From the IMG/VR virus record IMGVR_UViG_3300030294_000003: a DNA stretch of 64,000 nucleotides. One strand, given 5' to 3'. The DNA is from a virus (lineage: Duplodnaviria; Heunggongvirae; Uroviricota; Caudoviricetes). A program made the translations under genes and the position numbers. This document shows, piece by piece, positions 9,245 to 19,540 of this stretch (position 1 is the first letter of the stretch; each line of letters starts with the position of its first letter). Under the pieces are notes generated by a model. It saw only the letters and a list, made by a program, of their open reading frames with translations. It did not search any database and was not told the origin of the DNA.

Positions 9245-10517
9245 ATTTATTAAAAAAGCAAAAGCAAAACATGGTGACAAATATGATTATTCACTGGTTG
9301 AATATGTAAAATCAAATATCAAAGTAATCATAATTTGTCCAGAACATGGCGAATTTTTACAATTACCAAATTCCCATTTGGTGGGTAATGGGTGTAACAA
9401 ATGTGGAATAAAATTAAAAAGTGATAAACTTAGGCACAACAATGATATTTTTATCTCTAAAGCAATTGTGATACATGGAGATAAATATAATTATACTAAG
9501 ATAGATTATAAAAATGCTCAAACTAAAGTATGTATCATTTGTCCTATACATGGTGAATTTTGGCAAACACCAAGTGATCATTTACAAGGTAGGGGATGTT
9601 CTATGTGTGGAAATGTTAATAGATCTTTAAGCAAAACTAATAATACTGAATACTTTATTAAAAAATCTAATAAAAAACATAATTTTAAATATGATTATTC
9701 CAAGACTAATTATGTAAATAGTGAGAGTGACGTATGTATAGTTTGCCCAGAACATGGGGAGTTTTATCAAAAAGCTAATTCACACATGATTGGTTATGGA
9801 TGTTCTAAATGTGGCGGAAACTTTATGGATTTAGATACATTCATTGAAAAATCTAAAGAAAAACATAATAATAAATTCACATATGAAAATGTTGATTACA
9901 TAAATTCAATAATTAAAGTAGATATAACATGCCCGATTCATGGCGAATTTTGGCAAACACCAAATAGTCATTTAGATGGTAAAGGATGCCCTAAGTGTTC
10001 AGGTAGTTATATGGATTATAATTATTTTATTGAAAAAACAAAACTAATTCATAGAGATAAATATGATTATTCAAAGGTAGAATATAAAGGAACCAATATA
10101 AAGGTTAAAATAATATGCCCTATTCACGGAGAATTTTGGCAAACACCTCATAATCATTTAAAAGGTCAGGGATGTCCTAAATGTAATGAAAGTAAAGGTG
10201 AAAAAATTGTAAATCAAACATTAACAAATTTTAAACTTAAATTTATTCGGGAACATAAATTTGATGATTGTAGATATAAATATTCTCTCCCATTTGATTT
10301 TTATATTCCTAAATATAATACTTGTATTGAATACGATGGGGAACAACATTATAAACAAGTAGATAGATTTGGTGGAATAGAAGGTTTTGAATCAATTCAA
10401 AGAAATGATAAAATAAAAACCCAATATTGCCTTGATAATAATATTAAGTTAATTAGAATTCCTTATACGGAATTTAATAATATAGAAGAAATATTAAATA
10501 AAGAAATTTATGATTGA
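9231..10517 (+). CDS. CPxHG-repeat endonuclease with C-terminal Vsr/DUF559-like PD-(D/E)XK domain
   Basis: Five ~68-aa repeats YDYS...CPxHGEFxQxPxxHLxGxGCxxC; tail LPFDFYIP...IEYDGEQHY. Confidence 0.8.
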   Translation: MTKDEFIKKAKAKHGDKYDYSLVEYVKSNIKVIIICPEHGEFLQLPNSHLVGNGCNKCGIKLKSDKLRHNNDIFISKAIVIHGDKYNYTKIDYKNAQTKVCIICPIHGEFWQTPSDHLQGRGCSMCGNVNRSLSKTNNTEYFIKKSNKKHNFKYDYSKTNYVNSESDVCIVCPEHGEFYQKANSHMIGYGCSKCGGNFMDLDTFIEKSKEKHNNKFTYENVDYINSIIKVDITCPIHGEFWQTPNSHLDGKGCPKCSGSYMDYNYFIEKTKLIHRDKYDYSKVEYKGTNIKVKIICPIHGEFWQTPHNHLKGQGCPKCNESKGEKIVNQTLTNFKLKFIREHKFDDCRYKYSLPFDFYIPKYNTCIEYDGEQHYKQVDRFGGIEGFESIQRNDKIKTQYCLDNNIKLIRIPYTEFNNIEEILNKEIYD

Positions 10518-11646
10518 AAATTTAATTTTTGAAGCTATTGTTGGTAGCGTTGCTTATGGTACAAATATTGAAACCAGTGATTTAGATAAAAAGGGTATTT
10601 TTTTATGCCCTATTGATAATTTATTATCATTTGGCTATACCGAGCAAATTAATGTAACTAAAGATGAAACGTACTATGAGGTTCGTCGATTTTTAGAATT
10701 ATGTTCTGTCGGAAATCCGACCTGTTTAGAATTGCTATTTTCTGATGATGAATATATTTTACATACATCACCTCAATTTGAACTAATACGTGAAAATAGG
10801 GATGTGTTTGTAACAAAAAAATGCGCAAATGCCTTTACTTCATATGGTTACAGTCAGATTTCAAAGGCAAATTCGTTGGGTAAAAAATTAAATTACAATG
10901 AAAATGATTATAAATTAAAGACACCTTTAGATTTTATATATTTTTATAATAATGGTAAAACATATTCTTTTAAAGAATATTTGAACGACAATGGGCTATT
11001 ACAAGAAAAATGTGGCTTAGTTCGATTGGATCATATGAAAGATTGTTATGCCGTTTATTATGATTACAATAATGATGGTTATAGAGGAATAATTGGTGAA
11101 AATAGTAATGAGGTTAGATTGTCATCTATTAAAAAAGGAGAAACGCCATTTGTGATGATATATTATAATGTTGAAGCATATTCAAAGTTCATGAAGGAGT
11201 GGAAGGAGTATAATGAATGGTTAAAAAATAGGAACACCCAAAGATATGTTGATGTTAAAAAGCACGGACAAACTCTAAGTGGTTCATTTATAGATGGTAA
11301 GAACCTATTGCATTGTCGGAGGCTCATCGATGTGGGGGTTTCGATTGCCACTACAGGCACTTTTACCGTTAAACGCCCAAATGCCGACTATTTACTTTCA
11401 ATCAAACGTGGTGAAGTTCCTTTAGATAAAATAATTGAAGATGCAGAACGCGATATCGCTGGTTTACAGGAATTGTATGATAAATCAAATTTACCAGAAA
11501 AAGTTGATCCACTATTTGTAAAAGAATTATTACTTAAGATTAGGAAAATGCCAATTGATGATATTAATATAATATCAACCAAAAGCCTTCCATTTGATTC
11601 TAATAAAATAATTGATGAAATATTAAATGAAGAAATTAAACAATGA
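10510..11646 (+). CDS. Nucleotidyltransferase (Pol-beta superfamily, RlaP/YcgL-like)
   Basis: GSVAYGTNIETSDLD (GS + DxD), YYEV..F..L...GNP. Confidence 0.8.
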   Translation: MIENLIFEAIVGSVAYGTNIETSDLDKKGIFLCPIDNLLSFGYTEQINVTKDETYYEVRRFLELCSVGNPTCLELLFSDDEYILHTSPQFELIRENRDVFVTKKCANAFTSYGYSQISKANSLGKKLNYNENDYKLKTPLDFIYFYNNGKTYSFKEYLNDNGLLQEKCGLVRLDHMKDCYAVYYDYNNDGYRGIIGENSNEVRLSSIKKGETPFVMIYYNVEAYSKFMKEWKEYNEWLKNRNTQRYVDVKKHGQTLSGSFIDGKNLLHCRRLIDVGVSIATTGTFTVKRPNADYLLSIKRGEVPLDKIIEDAERDIAGLQELYDKSNLPEKVDPLFVKELLLKIRKMPIDDINIISTKSLPFDSNKIIDEILNEEIKQ

Positions 11647-11891
11647 GTAGAAAAGATTTCACCTCTTTAACAATAGAAAACCACCCCGCATGTCCAAAAT
11701 GCGGAAGTGATAAAACGAGTATTGTAATTGTAAAAATAACTGATTATATACATAGAAATCAAGGATATCCTCGTTGTAATGATTGCCATTACGAAGGTTT
11801 AATGGACTATACTAAAATATATTGGGCATGTTCAGAATATAAAGGGAATATCGTATTTAATAAAGAAGATATCGAAAAAATTGTTAAGTGA
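11643..11891 (+). CDS. Zinc-ribbon protein
   Basis: CPKC...CNDC. Confidence 0.6.
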   Translation: MSRKDFTSLTIENHPACPKCGSDKTSIVIVKITDYIHRNQGYPRCNDCHYEGLMDYTKIYWACSEYKGNIVFNKEDIEKIVK

Positions 11892-11924
11892 TTTCCATTA
11901 ATAAGTAAATTACATTACTTTTGT
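11888..11924 (+). promoter_or_regulatory. Probable Bacteroidota-type promoter (weaker match)
   Basis: TACTTTTG at 11916-11923 upstream of 11976; -33 element poor. Confidence 0.5.
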
Positions 11925-11975
11925 ACCAGAATTAAATAAAATTAATATAAACTATAAATTAAAAAAAGAAAAAGA

Positions 11976-12506
11976 ATGGGAAAAATTATTGCAGCTATTG
12001 TATTGGGTATTTTGATTTTTGGTGGTGTTATTTATACCGCAATGTATTTTAATTATAACAACCAGGATGTATCAATTCGAAAAGAAGCTGAAGCACAACG
12101 TGGAAAAGTGGAAATTGTTTATGATAATATGTGGAAAGTTATTCACCAGACGAATGAGGTTAAAAACAGTTATTCATCTGATTTTAAAGAAACCGTTAAA
12201 GGTATTATGGAAGGCCGATATGCTAAAGGTGATGGTAGTTTGATGAAATTGGTTGTTGAGCAAAATCCAACGTTATCACCTCAAATGTATACTCGCGTTA
12301 TGGATGCCATAAATATCGAACGTCAAGGGTTTGTGACACAGCAGACGCGTATGTTGGATATTATTCGTCAGCATGAAACGTTATTAAGTACTATACCAAG
12401 TAAATTCTTTATTACTAATAAGACACATATTCAGTATACTACCATTTCAAGCACTAGAACTAAAGAAGTAATGGTATCTGGTATTGATGATAACGTTGAA
12501 TTATAA
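11976..12506 (+). CDS. Single-pass membrane protein with helical soluble domain (LemA-like architecture)
   Basis: N-terminal TM segment followed by predicted helices. Confidence 0.65.
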   Translation: MGKIIAAIVLGILIFGGVIYTAMYFNYNNQDVSIRKEAEAQRGKVEIVYDNMWKVIHQTNEVKNSYSSDFKETVKGIMEGRYAKGDGSLMKLVVEQNPTLSPQMYTRVMDAINIERQGFVTQQTRMLDIIRQHETLLSTIPSKFFITNKTHIQYTTISSTRTKEVMVSGIDDNVEL

Positions 12507-12518
12507 TAACATCAATTT

Positions 12519-13667
12519 ATGACAACCATAGCGTTTATTATACCTCTTATTTTCGCCATCTTCCTTCTTGTCTTTTTTAGACAGAAGGTTGTATGGTGGG
12601 AATATCTTATTATTGTACTTCCATCGATGTTTATTGCTGGGTGTTTATATTTCGGGATGATTTCATATACAACTTCAGATACAGAATATTATGGTAATTA
12701 TGTGACTGGAATAAAATATTATGAACCTTGGGATGAATATATCCATAGAACTTGTACAAGAACAGTTGGTAGCGGTAAGAACCAAACAACTGAGTCTTAT
12801 GATTGTTCCTATGTTGAAAATCATGGACCTGAATGGAAGCAAACATTGAATAATGGTTATGAGTATAGTATTTCAAATAAGGAATATAATCGTTTATTCT
12901 CACTTTGGAATACTGAAAATTCATTTATTGATATGCATCGAAATTACGATTCGCAAGATGGTGATTGTTATTCAAAATTATGGGACGGTAATATAAGTCA
13001 CTCAAAAACTAGAACAATCGACCATAAATATGAGAATAAAATAAAAGGTTCCAAATCTATATTTGGATTTGAAAATATAACGCCAGATGAAGCGAAAATA
13101 TTGGGATTATATGATTATCCAAGTTTATATAACCAAAGCAATGGTGGGTTTTTCAATAGCGATAACGACTCAAATCAAAGCCCGTTTTTGGGGTATAAAC
13201 CATCAAAGGATGAATTAGTCCAATGGGGATTCATTAATGGTTATTATGGTCATAGAAATCAGTTTAGAACCTATAATCTGGTATTTTATAATAAACCACT
13301 TTCGATAGTTCAAGATCAAAGGAGTTATTGGGAGGGTGGAAATAAAAACGAGTTGGTTACTTGCATTTGTTTGGATTCCACAAGTAAAAAAATTTTGTGG
13401 GTTGATGCATTTTCTTGGTGCGATAAACCAACATATGAGGTTAATTTAAAATCATATTTTAATGGTAAGGAAAAGTTAGATTTCATAGAATTTGCTAATT
13501 GGACAAAAGCAGCGATACCACAATACTGGAAAAGAAAAGAATTTAAAGACTTCAATTATATTGATATTCAATTAACAGGAACTCAATTTATGTGGACGTT
13601 AATAATAATATTCGTATTTAACCTTGGAATGTCCATATATGTTGTTTTGAACGACGAAGAAAATTAA
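12519..13667 (+). CDS. Multi-pass membrane protein with large extracytoplasmic domain
   Basis: Two N-terminal TM segments, one C-terminal TM, Cys pair in HRTC...YDCS. Confidence 0.75.
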   Translation: MTTIAFIIPLIFAIFLLVFFRQKVVWWEYLIIVLPSMFIAGCLYFGMISYTTSDTEYYGNYVTGIKYYEPWDEYIHRTCTRTVGSGKNQTTESYDCSYVENHGPEWKQTLNNGYEYSISNKEYNRLFSLWNTENSFIDMHRNYDSQDGDCYSKLWDGNISHSKTRTIDHKYENKIKGSKSIFGFENITPDEAKILGLYDYPSLYNQSNGGFFNSDNDSNQSPFLGYKPSKDELVQWGFINGYYGHRNQFRTYNLVFYNKPLSIVQDQRSYWEGGNKNELVTCICLDSTSKKILWVDAFSWCDKPTYEVNLKSYFNGKEKLDFIEFANWTKAAIPQYWKRKEFKDFNYIDIQLTGTQFMWTLIIIFVFNLGMSIYVVLNDEEN

Positions 13668-13684
13668 TAATAAAAATTTAAATT

Positions 13685-13900
13685 ATGTACAACGATGAAT
13701 CTTATGAAGAAATCATAAATACCTACACTTACGAAGAATTAAAAAAAGAGATAGAGGAAGAATACGATTATAGGGATAATGAGCCGCATTATGGGTGTCT
13801 ACAACCAACATATAAAGAATATGTTTTATCAGTATCAAAACTAAAACCTGGTCAATCTGTTGAAATTAATGAAACAGCATGTGAATATACAATTATTTAA
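13685..13900 (+). CDS. Hypothetical acidic protein
   Basis: 71-aa ORF in operon. Confidence 0.55.
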   Translation: MYNDESYEEIINTYTYEELKKEIEEEYDYRDNEPHYGCLQPTYKEYVLSVSKLKPGQSVEINETACEYTII

Positions 13901-13912
13901 TCAATTAGACAT

Positions 13913-14143
13913 ATGAAAAATAGAGATCGTTTAATTAACCAAAAAAGAGATTTAACAACTACCCATTATAATACTTTAACCAACGAATTTGGTGATAAAT
14001 TGGAAGAACGTAATTATGGGTATTGGTCAGCTATGATAAAATTAACAGGAGAATATGAAGTGTTTAAATCTGAAAGATCTGCTATCATATTTACAAATAA
14101 AATATCTGGAAAAGCTAAAAATTGGATAAAAAGCTTTGAATAA
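13913..14143 (+). CDS. Hypothetical protein
   Basis: 76-aa ORF. Confidence 0.55.
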   Translation: MKNRDRLINQKRDLTTTHYNTLTNEFGDKLEERNYGYWSAMIKLTGEYEVFKSERSAIIFTNKISGKAKNWIKSFE

Positions 14144-14195
14144 ACAATTAATTTGTCACGCTTATATATTAGATATATTATAAAAACTAAAAATA

Positions 14196-14444
14196 ATGAA
14201 TATTTCAGAAGAAAACCAAATTTGGTTAAATTGGATTAAAGAAAGTTCTAATTTACGTATTGTAATTGAAATAGGTCCTAAAAATAGATTAAAGGTTCGA
14301 TTAATCATATTAGAGAATGGGATTCCAAGATTTATAACTAAAAAAGGTAATCACAATGATACCTTGGATTCTTCAATTACCGATGTTAAAAATCAATTTG
14401 CTATATATAGCCTATCTAAAAAAATATTTCCAAAAACAACTTAG
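14196..14444 (+). CDS. Hypothetical protein
   Basis: 82-aa ORF convergent with 14441-14755. Confidence 0.5.
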   Translation: MNISEENQIWLNWIKESSNLRIVIEIGPKNRLKVRLIILENGIPRFITKKGNHNDTLDSSITDVKNQFAIYSLSKKIFPKTT

Positions 14445-14755
14445 TTATAAAATTCATTATTCTCCAATAAATACCTAATTAACCGATGTTTAGACTCACA
14501 GATGTTTATAAAATCTGTTGCCTGAGCATCGGTTAAATTAAACCATTCCCCCATCAACCGTTTTAAATGATAATGATTATGTAGCATATTTTCTAACTTA
14601 TATGGATAATCTGTTTCAAACTTTCTACACAAAATAAGTTCATTAGAATTCCCAGTTTGAAGCTCTAACTTTCTTTTGTTGACTGTTTTGGCTTTTGTTA
14701 CTCCAATTTTATAATTGGAAGTGCCAGCCTCGTTTATTAGATAAATGAACCCCAT
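14441..14755 (-). CDS. GIY-YIG family protein (T5orf172/MUG113-like)
   Basis: FIYLI...YKIGVT...R..ELQTGN...LENMLH..Y...GEWF. Confidence 0.85.
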   Translation of the reverse strand: MGFIYLINEAGTSNYKIGVTKAKTVNKRKLELQTGNSNELILCRKFETDYPYKLENMLHNHYHLKRLMGEWFNLTDAQATDFINICESKHRLIRYLLENNEFYN

Positions 14756-14809
14756 ATACTTAATATTATCGCTTTAAATGAATTTTTTTAAACAAAAAGT
14801 TAGCCTAAA

Positions 14810-14843
14810 ACTTGTTTTATTAAATTATTATCAGTACATTTGT
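14810..14843 (+). promoter_or_regulatory. Bacteroidota-type promoter
   Basis: ACTTGTTTT...GTACATTTGT upstream of 14892. Confidence 0.8.
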
Positions 14844-14891
14844 TGTGAAATTAAAATAAATCCCGATCCGAGGGGATAAAAAATTAATAAT

Positions 14892-15365
14892 ATGAAAACA
14901 TTAGCAGAAGAATTAAAAGAAACCTCTTTAAATAGAGCAGTTGAATTGAAAAATGAAAGAGAGTTAATTGCTTTGGATAAGGAAAAACTAGAACAAGATA
15001 GAATTAACTTAATAATCCAAAAAACTTACAATCATTTTGAAAGTAATTGGCTTAAAGAAGCTAATAAAGCAGCCTTGGATGGTGAAACCTATTTTAGTGT
15101 TATATTAGATGAACGAGGTAGAAATGTATCAGAAAAAGATTATGATATGACATCAGATTGCCGTAATATAACAGGAGTATGCTTGGGAGACTTATATGAT
15201 ATAATAATGAATAAGAAAGGGAAAGATTATTTTGATACATTATGTAAGCAAATTGAATCACAAGGATTTAAAAATGTAGAAATAACTTGTAGAAGTTGGA
15301 ATGGAACTACATTTTCATGTGAAAGTTATACAGCATATATCATACATTTAAGTGCTAAATTTTGA
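14892..15365 (+). CDS. Hypothetical protein
   Basis: 157-aa ORF after promoter. Confidence 0.65.
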   Translation: MKTLAEELKETSLNRAVELKNERELIALDKEKLEQDRINLIIQKTYNHFESNWLKEANKAALDGETYFSVILDERGRNVSEKDYDMTSDCRNITGVCLGDLYDIIMNKKGKDYFDTLCKQIESQGFKNVEITCRSWNGTTFSCESYTAYIIHLSAKF

Positions 15366-15391
15366 ATAAAAAAAATAAATAAAATTGAAAT

Positions 15392-15958
15392 ATGGATTAT
15401 TTAGACTCCCTCCTCTCACAATGTTTATTACTTGATTCGCTTTGTTTACAAAATACAGACACAAACAAAGTCTTTACTCCACAAAAATTAGCCGAATTAA
15501 ATAATGCTGGTTTCATTATTGGTGGATCACTTGCTTTGAGGTTATATGGTTATGACATTAGAAGACCAATTATTGAGGTTGATCTAATTATATCAACTAA
15601 TGATTTTGACAATGGTAAAATAATTAAATTTTTTGAAGATTTGAATGATTGTCCTAGTACATCACACCAAGGAGATTCAAAATATTGTTTTGAGGGCCTA
15701 AATGGTGAATTATATGACGTATTAACCTGGACTGGAAAAGTCGATTATACTACCATTATAATTGATGGAATATCACTTAAATTACAAGATGAAGAGGATA
15801 TTTGGTTTAAGAAGAAAGAATATGCATACAAGGGATATACAAAACACGAATTTGATTTAGAAGCTAATAAAATAATCACAACCGAAGCTGAATTGAAATA
15901 TTTTAATCAACATTTTCCAAAACCAACTGAAAACGAAATTAATGATTTACCATTTTAA
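15392..15958 (+). CDS. Minimal nucleotidyltransferase-fold protein
   Basis: IIGGSLALRLYG...EVDLII pattern (GS + acidic pair); C-terminal KH..DL. Confidence 0.55.
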   Translation: MDYLDSLLSQCLLLDSLCLQNTDTNKVFTPQKLAELNNAGFIIGGSLALRLYGYDIRRPIIEVDLIISTNDFDNGKIIKFFEDLNDCPSTSHQGDSKYCFEGLNGELYDVLTWTGKVDYTTIIIDGISLKLQDEEDIWFKKKEYAYKGYTKHEFDLEANKIITTEAELKYFNQHFPKPTENEINDLPF

Positions 15959-15970
15959 ATTAATCAAATT

Positions 15971-16213
15971 ATGAAAAAAGTTAAACTTACACAGGAAATT
16001 GATATAGAATTTAAAAATATAGTCGTCCAATATGAAATATCGGATGTTGGGTCAATGATCCAGGAAATTAGTGGCACATTTGAGAACTACGATTGTGATT
16101 GTGAAATACTAAATAAAATTATCTCAATTATATTAAATTGTAACCCAACCAAGGAAGATTTATTTTCAATTGAAATTAATAAATTAAAAGAACTATTAAA
16201 CATTTTAAATTAA
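15971..16213 (+). CDS. Hypothetical protein
   Basis: 80-aa ORF. Confidence 0.55.
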   Translation: MKKVKLTQEIDIEFKNIVVQYEISDVGSMIQEISGTFENYDCDCEILNKIISIILNCNPTKEDLFSIEINKLKELLNILN

Positions 16214-16224
16214 AAACTAAAGTT

Positions 16225-16776
16225 ATGACAATATTTGGAATTATTATTTTTATCTCAATCATATTGGGTGTTTTTATGTTAATATATAAAGAAATTACTG
16301 ACGATAATTGGGATTTTGATGCTGGATTTTTAGCTTTTATTGGTACTTTTGGTATTACACTTGGTATTTTTCTTATTATTTCTTGCTTTTCATCTATCAA
16401 TATTAAATATGAGAAATGCCCGAAATTTGGTGTGACTTATATAAATTCATTATCAGTTAATTCTTCAATTAGTGGTAATTTCTTTTTAGGCTCTGGGCGT
16501 ATCGAAAACAAAGATTATTACTATTATATATCAAATTCAGAATTTGGTTATAAAATATCTAAACTTGAAAATGATGGTAACACATATGTTAAAGAAGATA
16601 TTAAAATTAATAATAAACCATTCATTGAATTTACAAAATATAATGCCGTACACATAAATTGGTTTGCAAAAATAATCTTTAAAAACAAATTCTTTTCTAA
16701 AGATGGTGAAACAATAATTCACGTACCACTAAATACAATTATTAAAGAGTATAATGTTGATGTTAGTAAATTATAA
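16225..16776 (+). CDS. Membrane protein
   Basis: Two N-terminal TM segments; G.FFLGSG.I motif. Confidence 0.7.
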   Translation: MTIFGIIIFISIILGVFMLIYKEITDDNWDFDAGFLAFIGTFGITLGIFLIISCFSSINIKYEKCPKFGVTYINSLSVNSSISGNFFLGSGRIENKDYYYYISNSEFGYKISKLENDGNTYVKEDIKINNKPFIEFTKYNAVHINWFAKIIFKNKFFSKDGETIIHVPLNTIIKEYNVDVSKL

Positions 16777-16834
16777 CACGATAATCGATAATAAACCGAT
16801 TAACTACACAAAATAAACTAAAAAAATAAATAAT

Positions 16835-17110
16835 ATGAAAAAAATTAATGTATTAAATAATTTCTTTAATTCGAAATCAGATGCTTCAAATTTAGAAGCA
16901 AGTGAACAGGAAAAACTTGAAGTAGATTTTGAAATATGGTTTGATAATGAAATGAAAGATTTTGAATTTGCATCAAGATTTTTAATGCTTCATTTAGGTA
17001 ATACAGAAAAATATAATCCAAATTGTGCTGCAATAGTATCAAATACAAGAGCATCTGTTATGCAAGGAATAGAAGCAACTGCATATATTGAAGATTACAT
17101 TCCTGATTAA
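16835..17110 (+). CDS. Hypothetical protein
   Basis: 91-aa ORF. Confidence 0.6.
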   Translation: MKKINVLNNFFNSKSDASNLEASEQEKLEVDFEIWFDNEMKDFEFASRFLMLHLGNTEKYNPNCAAIVSNTRASVMQGIEATAYIEDYIPD

Positions 17111-17112
17111 TA

Positions 17113-17403
17113 ATGGAACAATTTTTAATTATAACAGGAATGATTTTTTGGACGTTTGTTATCATACCATTCTTACTGGGTATTTTATATTTTATTTGGA
17201 ATTATATCATACCAACTGATTTCCAAATATGGGTTAGGAATATTTTGTTTATTCCACAAGCGTTTTATGTGAAAAACCCCGATAAAGTGTTGGAATTATT
17301 AATGGATTTACTTAAAAATAGACCAAAAGTAAATAAATCATATTCCTATAAAATAATTATAAAAATTTTGAAATGGAGAATAAAGAAAAATATAAAGAAA
17401 TAG
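17113..17403 (+). CDS. Small membrane protein
   Basis: N-terminal hydrophobic helix. Confidence 0.6.
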   Translation: MEQFLIITGMIFWTFVIIPFLLGILYFIWNYIIPTDFQIWVRNILFIPQAFYVKNPDKVLELLMDLLKNRPKVNKSYSYKIIIKILKWRIKKNIKK

Positions 17404-17900
17404 AGGGAGATTTATTTAAAGAAATATTTAGTGAACAGTATGATGTTACACTTCAAGGAGTTAACGCTTTTTGTACCCAGGGGGCTGGAATAGTAATACC
17501 ATTCAAGAAGTATTTTGGTACAGATACGTTTCCAATGGAATTAACTGGTAAAGGTGATATTAATAAGCTTGGTCAAATTGATTGGCAATTATTCACTATT
17601 GTTGATGGCGAACCTAATACTTGGCTACCAGATAGTACTAAAGGACGTGATTTATATGTCGTTAATTGCTATTCGCAATTTCACTATGGTAAAAATCATT
17701 TAGATTGGACTGATAGACCTGCAGACTATGAAGCATTAACTTTATGTCTTAGAAAAATTAATTATAAATTTAAAGGATTGAAAGTTGTAATGCCTTTAAT
17801 TTGTGGTGGCCTTGCTGGTGGTGATATAAATATCATTCGTCAAATTATAGAGATAGAATTAAAAGATTGTTATGTAACACTTGTCTTATATAAAAAATAA
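17373..17900 (+). CDS. Macro-domain (ADP-ribose binding/hydrolase) protein
   Basis: EIEGDLF, QGVNAFCTQGAGI, VVNCYSQ, DYEAL..CL, MPLICGGLAGGD. Confidence 0.85.
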   Translation: MENKEKYKEIEGDLFKEIFSEQYDVTLQGVNAFCTQGAGIVIPFKKYFGTDTFPMELTGKGDINKLGQIDWQLFTIVDGEPNTWLPDSTKGRDLYVVNCYSQFHYGKNHLDWTDRPADYEALTLCLRKINYKFKGLKVVMPLICGGLAGGDINIIRQIIEIELKDCYVTLVLYKK

Positions 17901-17904
17901 ATTA

Positions 17905-18921
17905 ATGATTAATAAAGTTTTAAGAAACATTGAAGTCCCAACGGGAAACATTTGTATTATGCAAGGTGAAAAAGGCTTGTTAGAGTTTTTAACTGTTGGT
18001 GATTATGGTAAAAACGCTAATATAAAAGCTGATTTTCTTGGTATTTCAAGAGAATTGAATGGTGTTCCAAATGGTGAAATAATGCCGTTAACAGAAAAAT
18101 TTGTTATAACCATAAGCACCCAATATGGTTGCTCTATGAATTGCAAGTTTTGTGATGTTCCAAAGGTTGGGCCTGGATTAAATGCTACCTATCATGATAT
18201 GCTGGATCAAATATTATCTGCTTTAGCTTTACACCCAGAGATTAAATCAACTAAACGATTAAATTTACATCTGGCTCGTATGGGAGAGCCGACGTGGAAT
18301 GGTAACGTACTGGATCTTGCAACTTGTTTACATAGAAATATCTATGATTTTTGGGAAGGTTCTGGTGCAATTCACCCAGTAATATCAACAATGCTTCCAA
18401 AAGCGAATAAAAATTTGATTAAATTTTTATTGATTTGGTGTAATGATATTAAAAATAAATTATATAATGGGGATGCTGGGTTACAATTTTCAATAAACTC
18501 AACCGATAACGAACAAAGGAATGATATGTTCTCTAATAATAGTCTGTCATTAGAAGAAATATCTGAAATAGGTAAAATGTTACCAGAACCAGTTGGAAGA
18601 AAATATGCTTTGAATTTTGCATTGGCCGATGAATATACGTTGGATGCTGATGTATTACTTAAATTGTTTGATCCTAATAAATTCATATGCAAACTAACAC
18701 CATTACATAAAACAAACAGTTGTATTGAAAACAATATTGAAACAACAGGTGGATATGATGCATTTACACCCTATAAACAAAAAGAAACTGAGTTAAAACG
18801 TGTTGGTTTTGATGTTATTGTATTTGTACCAAGCTATGATGAAGATAATGGATTAATCACCTGTGGAAATGCTATTTTAAGTGGAAATTTACCAAAAACT
18901 GAATATAAAGAAATAATTTAA
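17905..18921 (+). CDS. Radical SAM protein, RlmN/Cfr-like
   Basis: ISTQYGCSMNCKFC (CxxxCxxC), MGEP, LQFSINS, C-terminal TCG; start moved to ATG 17905. Confidence 0.8.
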   Translation: MINKVLRNIEVPTGNICIMQGEKGLLEFLTVGDYGKNANIKADFLGISRELNGVPNGEIMPLTEKFVITISTQYGCSMNCKFCDVPKVGPGLNATYHDMLDQILSALALHPEIKSTKRLNLHLARMGEPTWNGNVLDLATCLHRNIYDFWEGSGAIHPVISTMLPKANKNLIKFLLIWCNDIKNKLYNGDAGLQFSINSTDNEQRNDMFSNNSLSLEEISEIGKMLPEPVGRKYALNFALADEYTLDADVLLKLFDPNKFICKLTPLHKTNSCIENNIETTGGYDAFTPYKQKETELKRVGFDVIVFVPSYDEDNGLITCGNAILSGNLPKTEYKEII

Positions 18922-18922
18922 G

Positions 18923-19105
18923 ATGAAAAAATATGAATTAAGTCCTTATGGGACACCAGAAATATGTCCAAACGTGGATGGTAAATTTATTGGTAGTGCG
19001 GGTTATACTGCTGGTTGTGAACACTGCTCCGATTATAAAACAGATGATTATCATGATAGGATAGATGTTATTCGCTTTACTTGTAATTTCAAAAAAACAT
19101 TTTAA
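18923..19105 (+). CDS. Small Cys-containing hypothetical protein
   Basis: 60-aa ORF, CP...GCEHC. Confidence 0.5.
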   Translation: MKKYELSPYGTPEICPNVDGKFIGSAGYTAGCEHCSDYKTDDYHDRIDVIRFTCNFKKTF

Positions 19106-19118
19106 AAACAGAATAGTT

Positions 19119-19511
19119 ATGGAAATAGATTTAAATGATGTTGATAAAATGATGTTTATTTTTAATGACGAGAAAAAAATTAAAATAAAGCCACATAAGT
19201 ATATGTCAAAAGAATATCTGAAGGTTGGTGGTGAGTTTTATTATTTTGACTGTGAATTTGAATGCGTTCGTTTATTAAAAATAACATATATTAGAAGTGG
19301 GATGTGTTTTTATTCAATTGAAGATGAAAAACATTTAAAAGAATATTGGTTTCCAGTCGATTGTTTTTTTGCTATTACGTTGGAAGCTAAAAAATATATA
19401 ACAAATATAAACACAGATTACTATGAGGTTGTAACACATTTAGGTAAATCTGAAATAATATATATCAAAGATGATGAAGAAAAATCATGGATTAAGCCAT
19501 GTTTAGTTTAA
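19119..19511 (+). CDS. Hypothetical protein
   Basis: Likely start MEIDLNDVD at 19119. Confidence 0.6.
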   Translation: MEIDLNDVDKMMFIFNDEKKIKIKPHKYMSKEYLKVGGEFYYFDCEFECVRLLKITYIRSGMCFYSIEDEKHLKEYWFPVDCFFAITLEAKKYITNINTDYYEVVTHLGKSEIIYIKDDEEKSWIKPCLV

Positions 19512-19540
19512 AAAAATAATAATTTAAAATAAATAAAATA

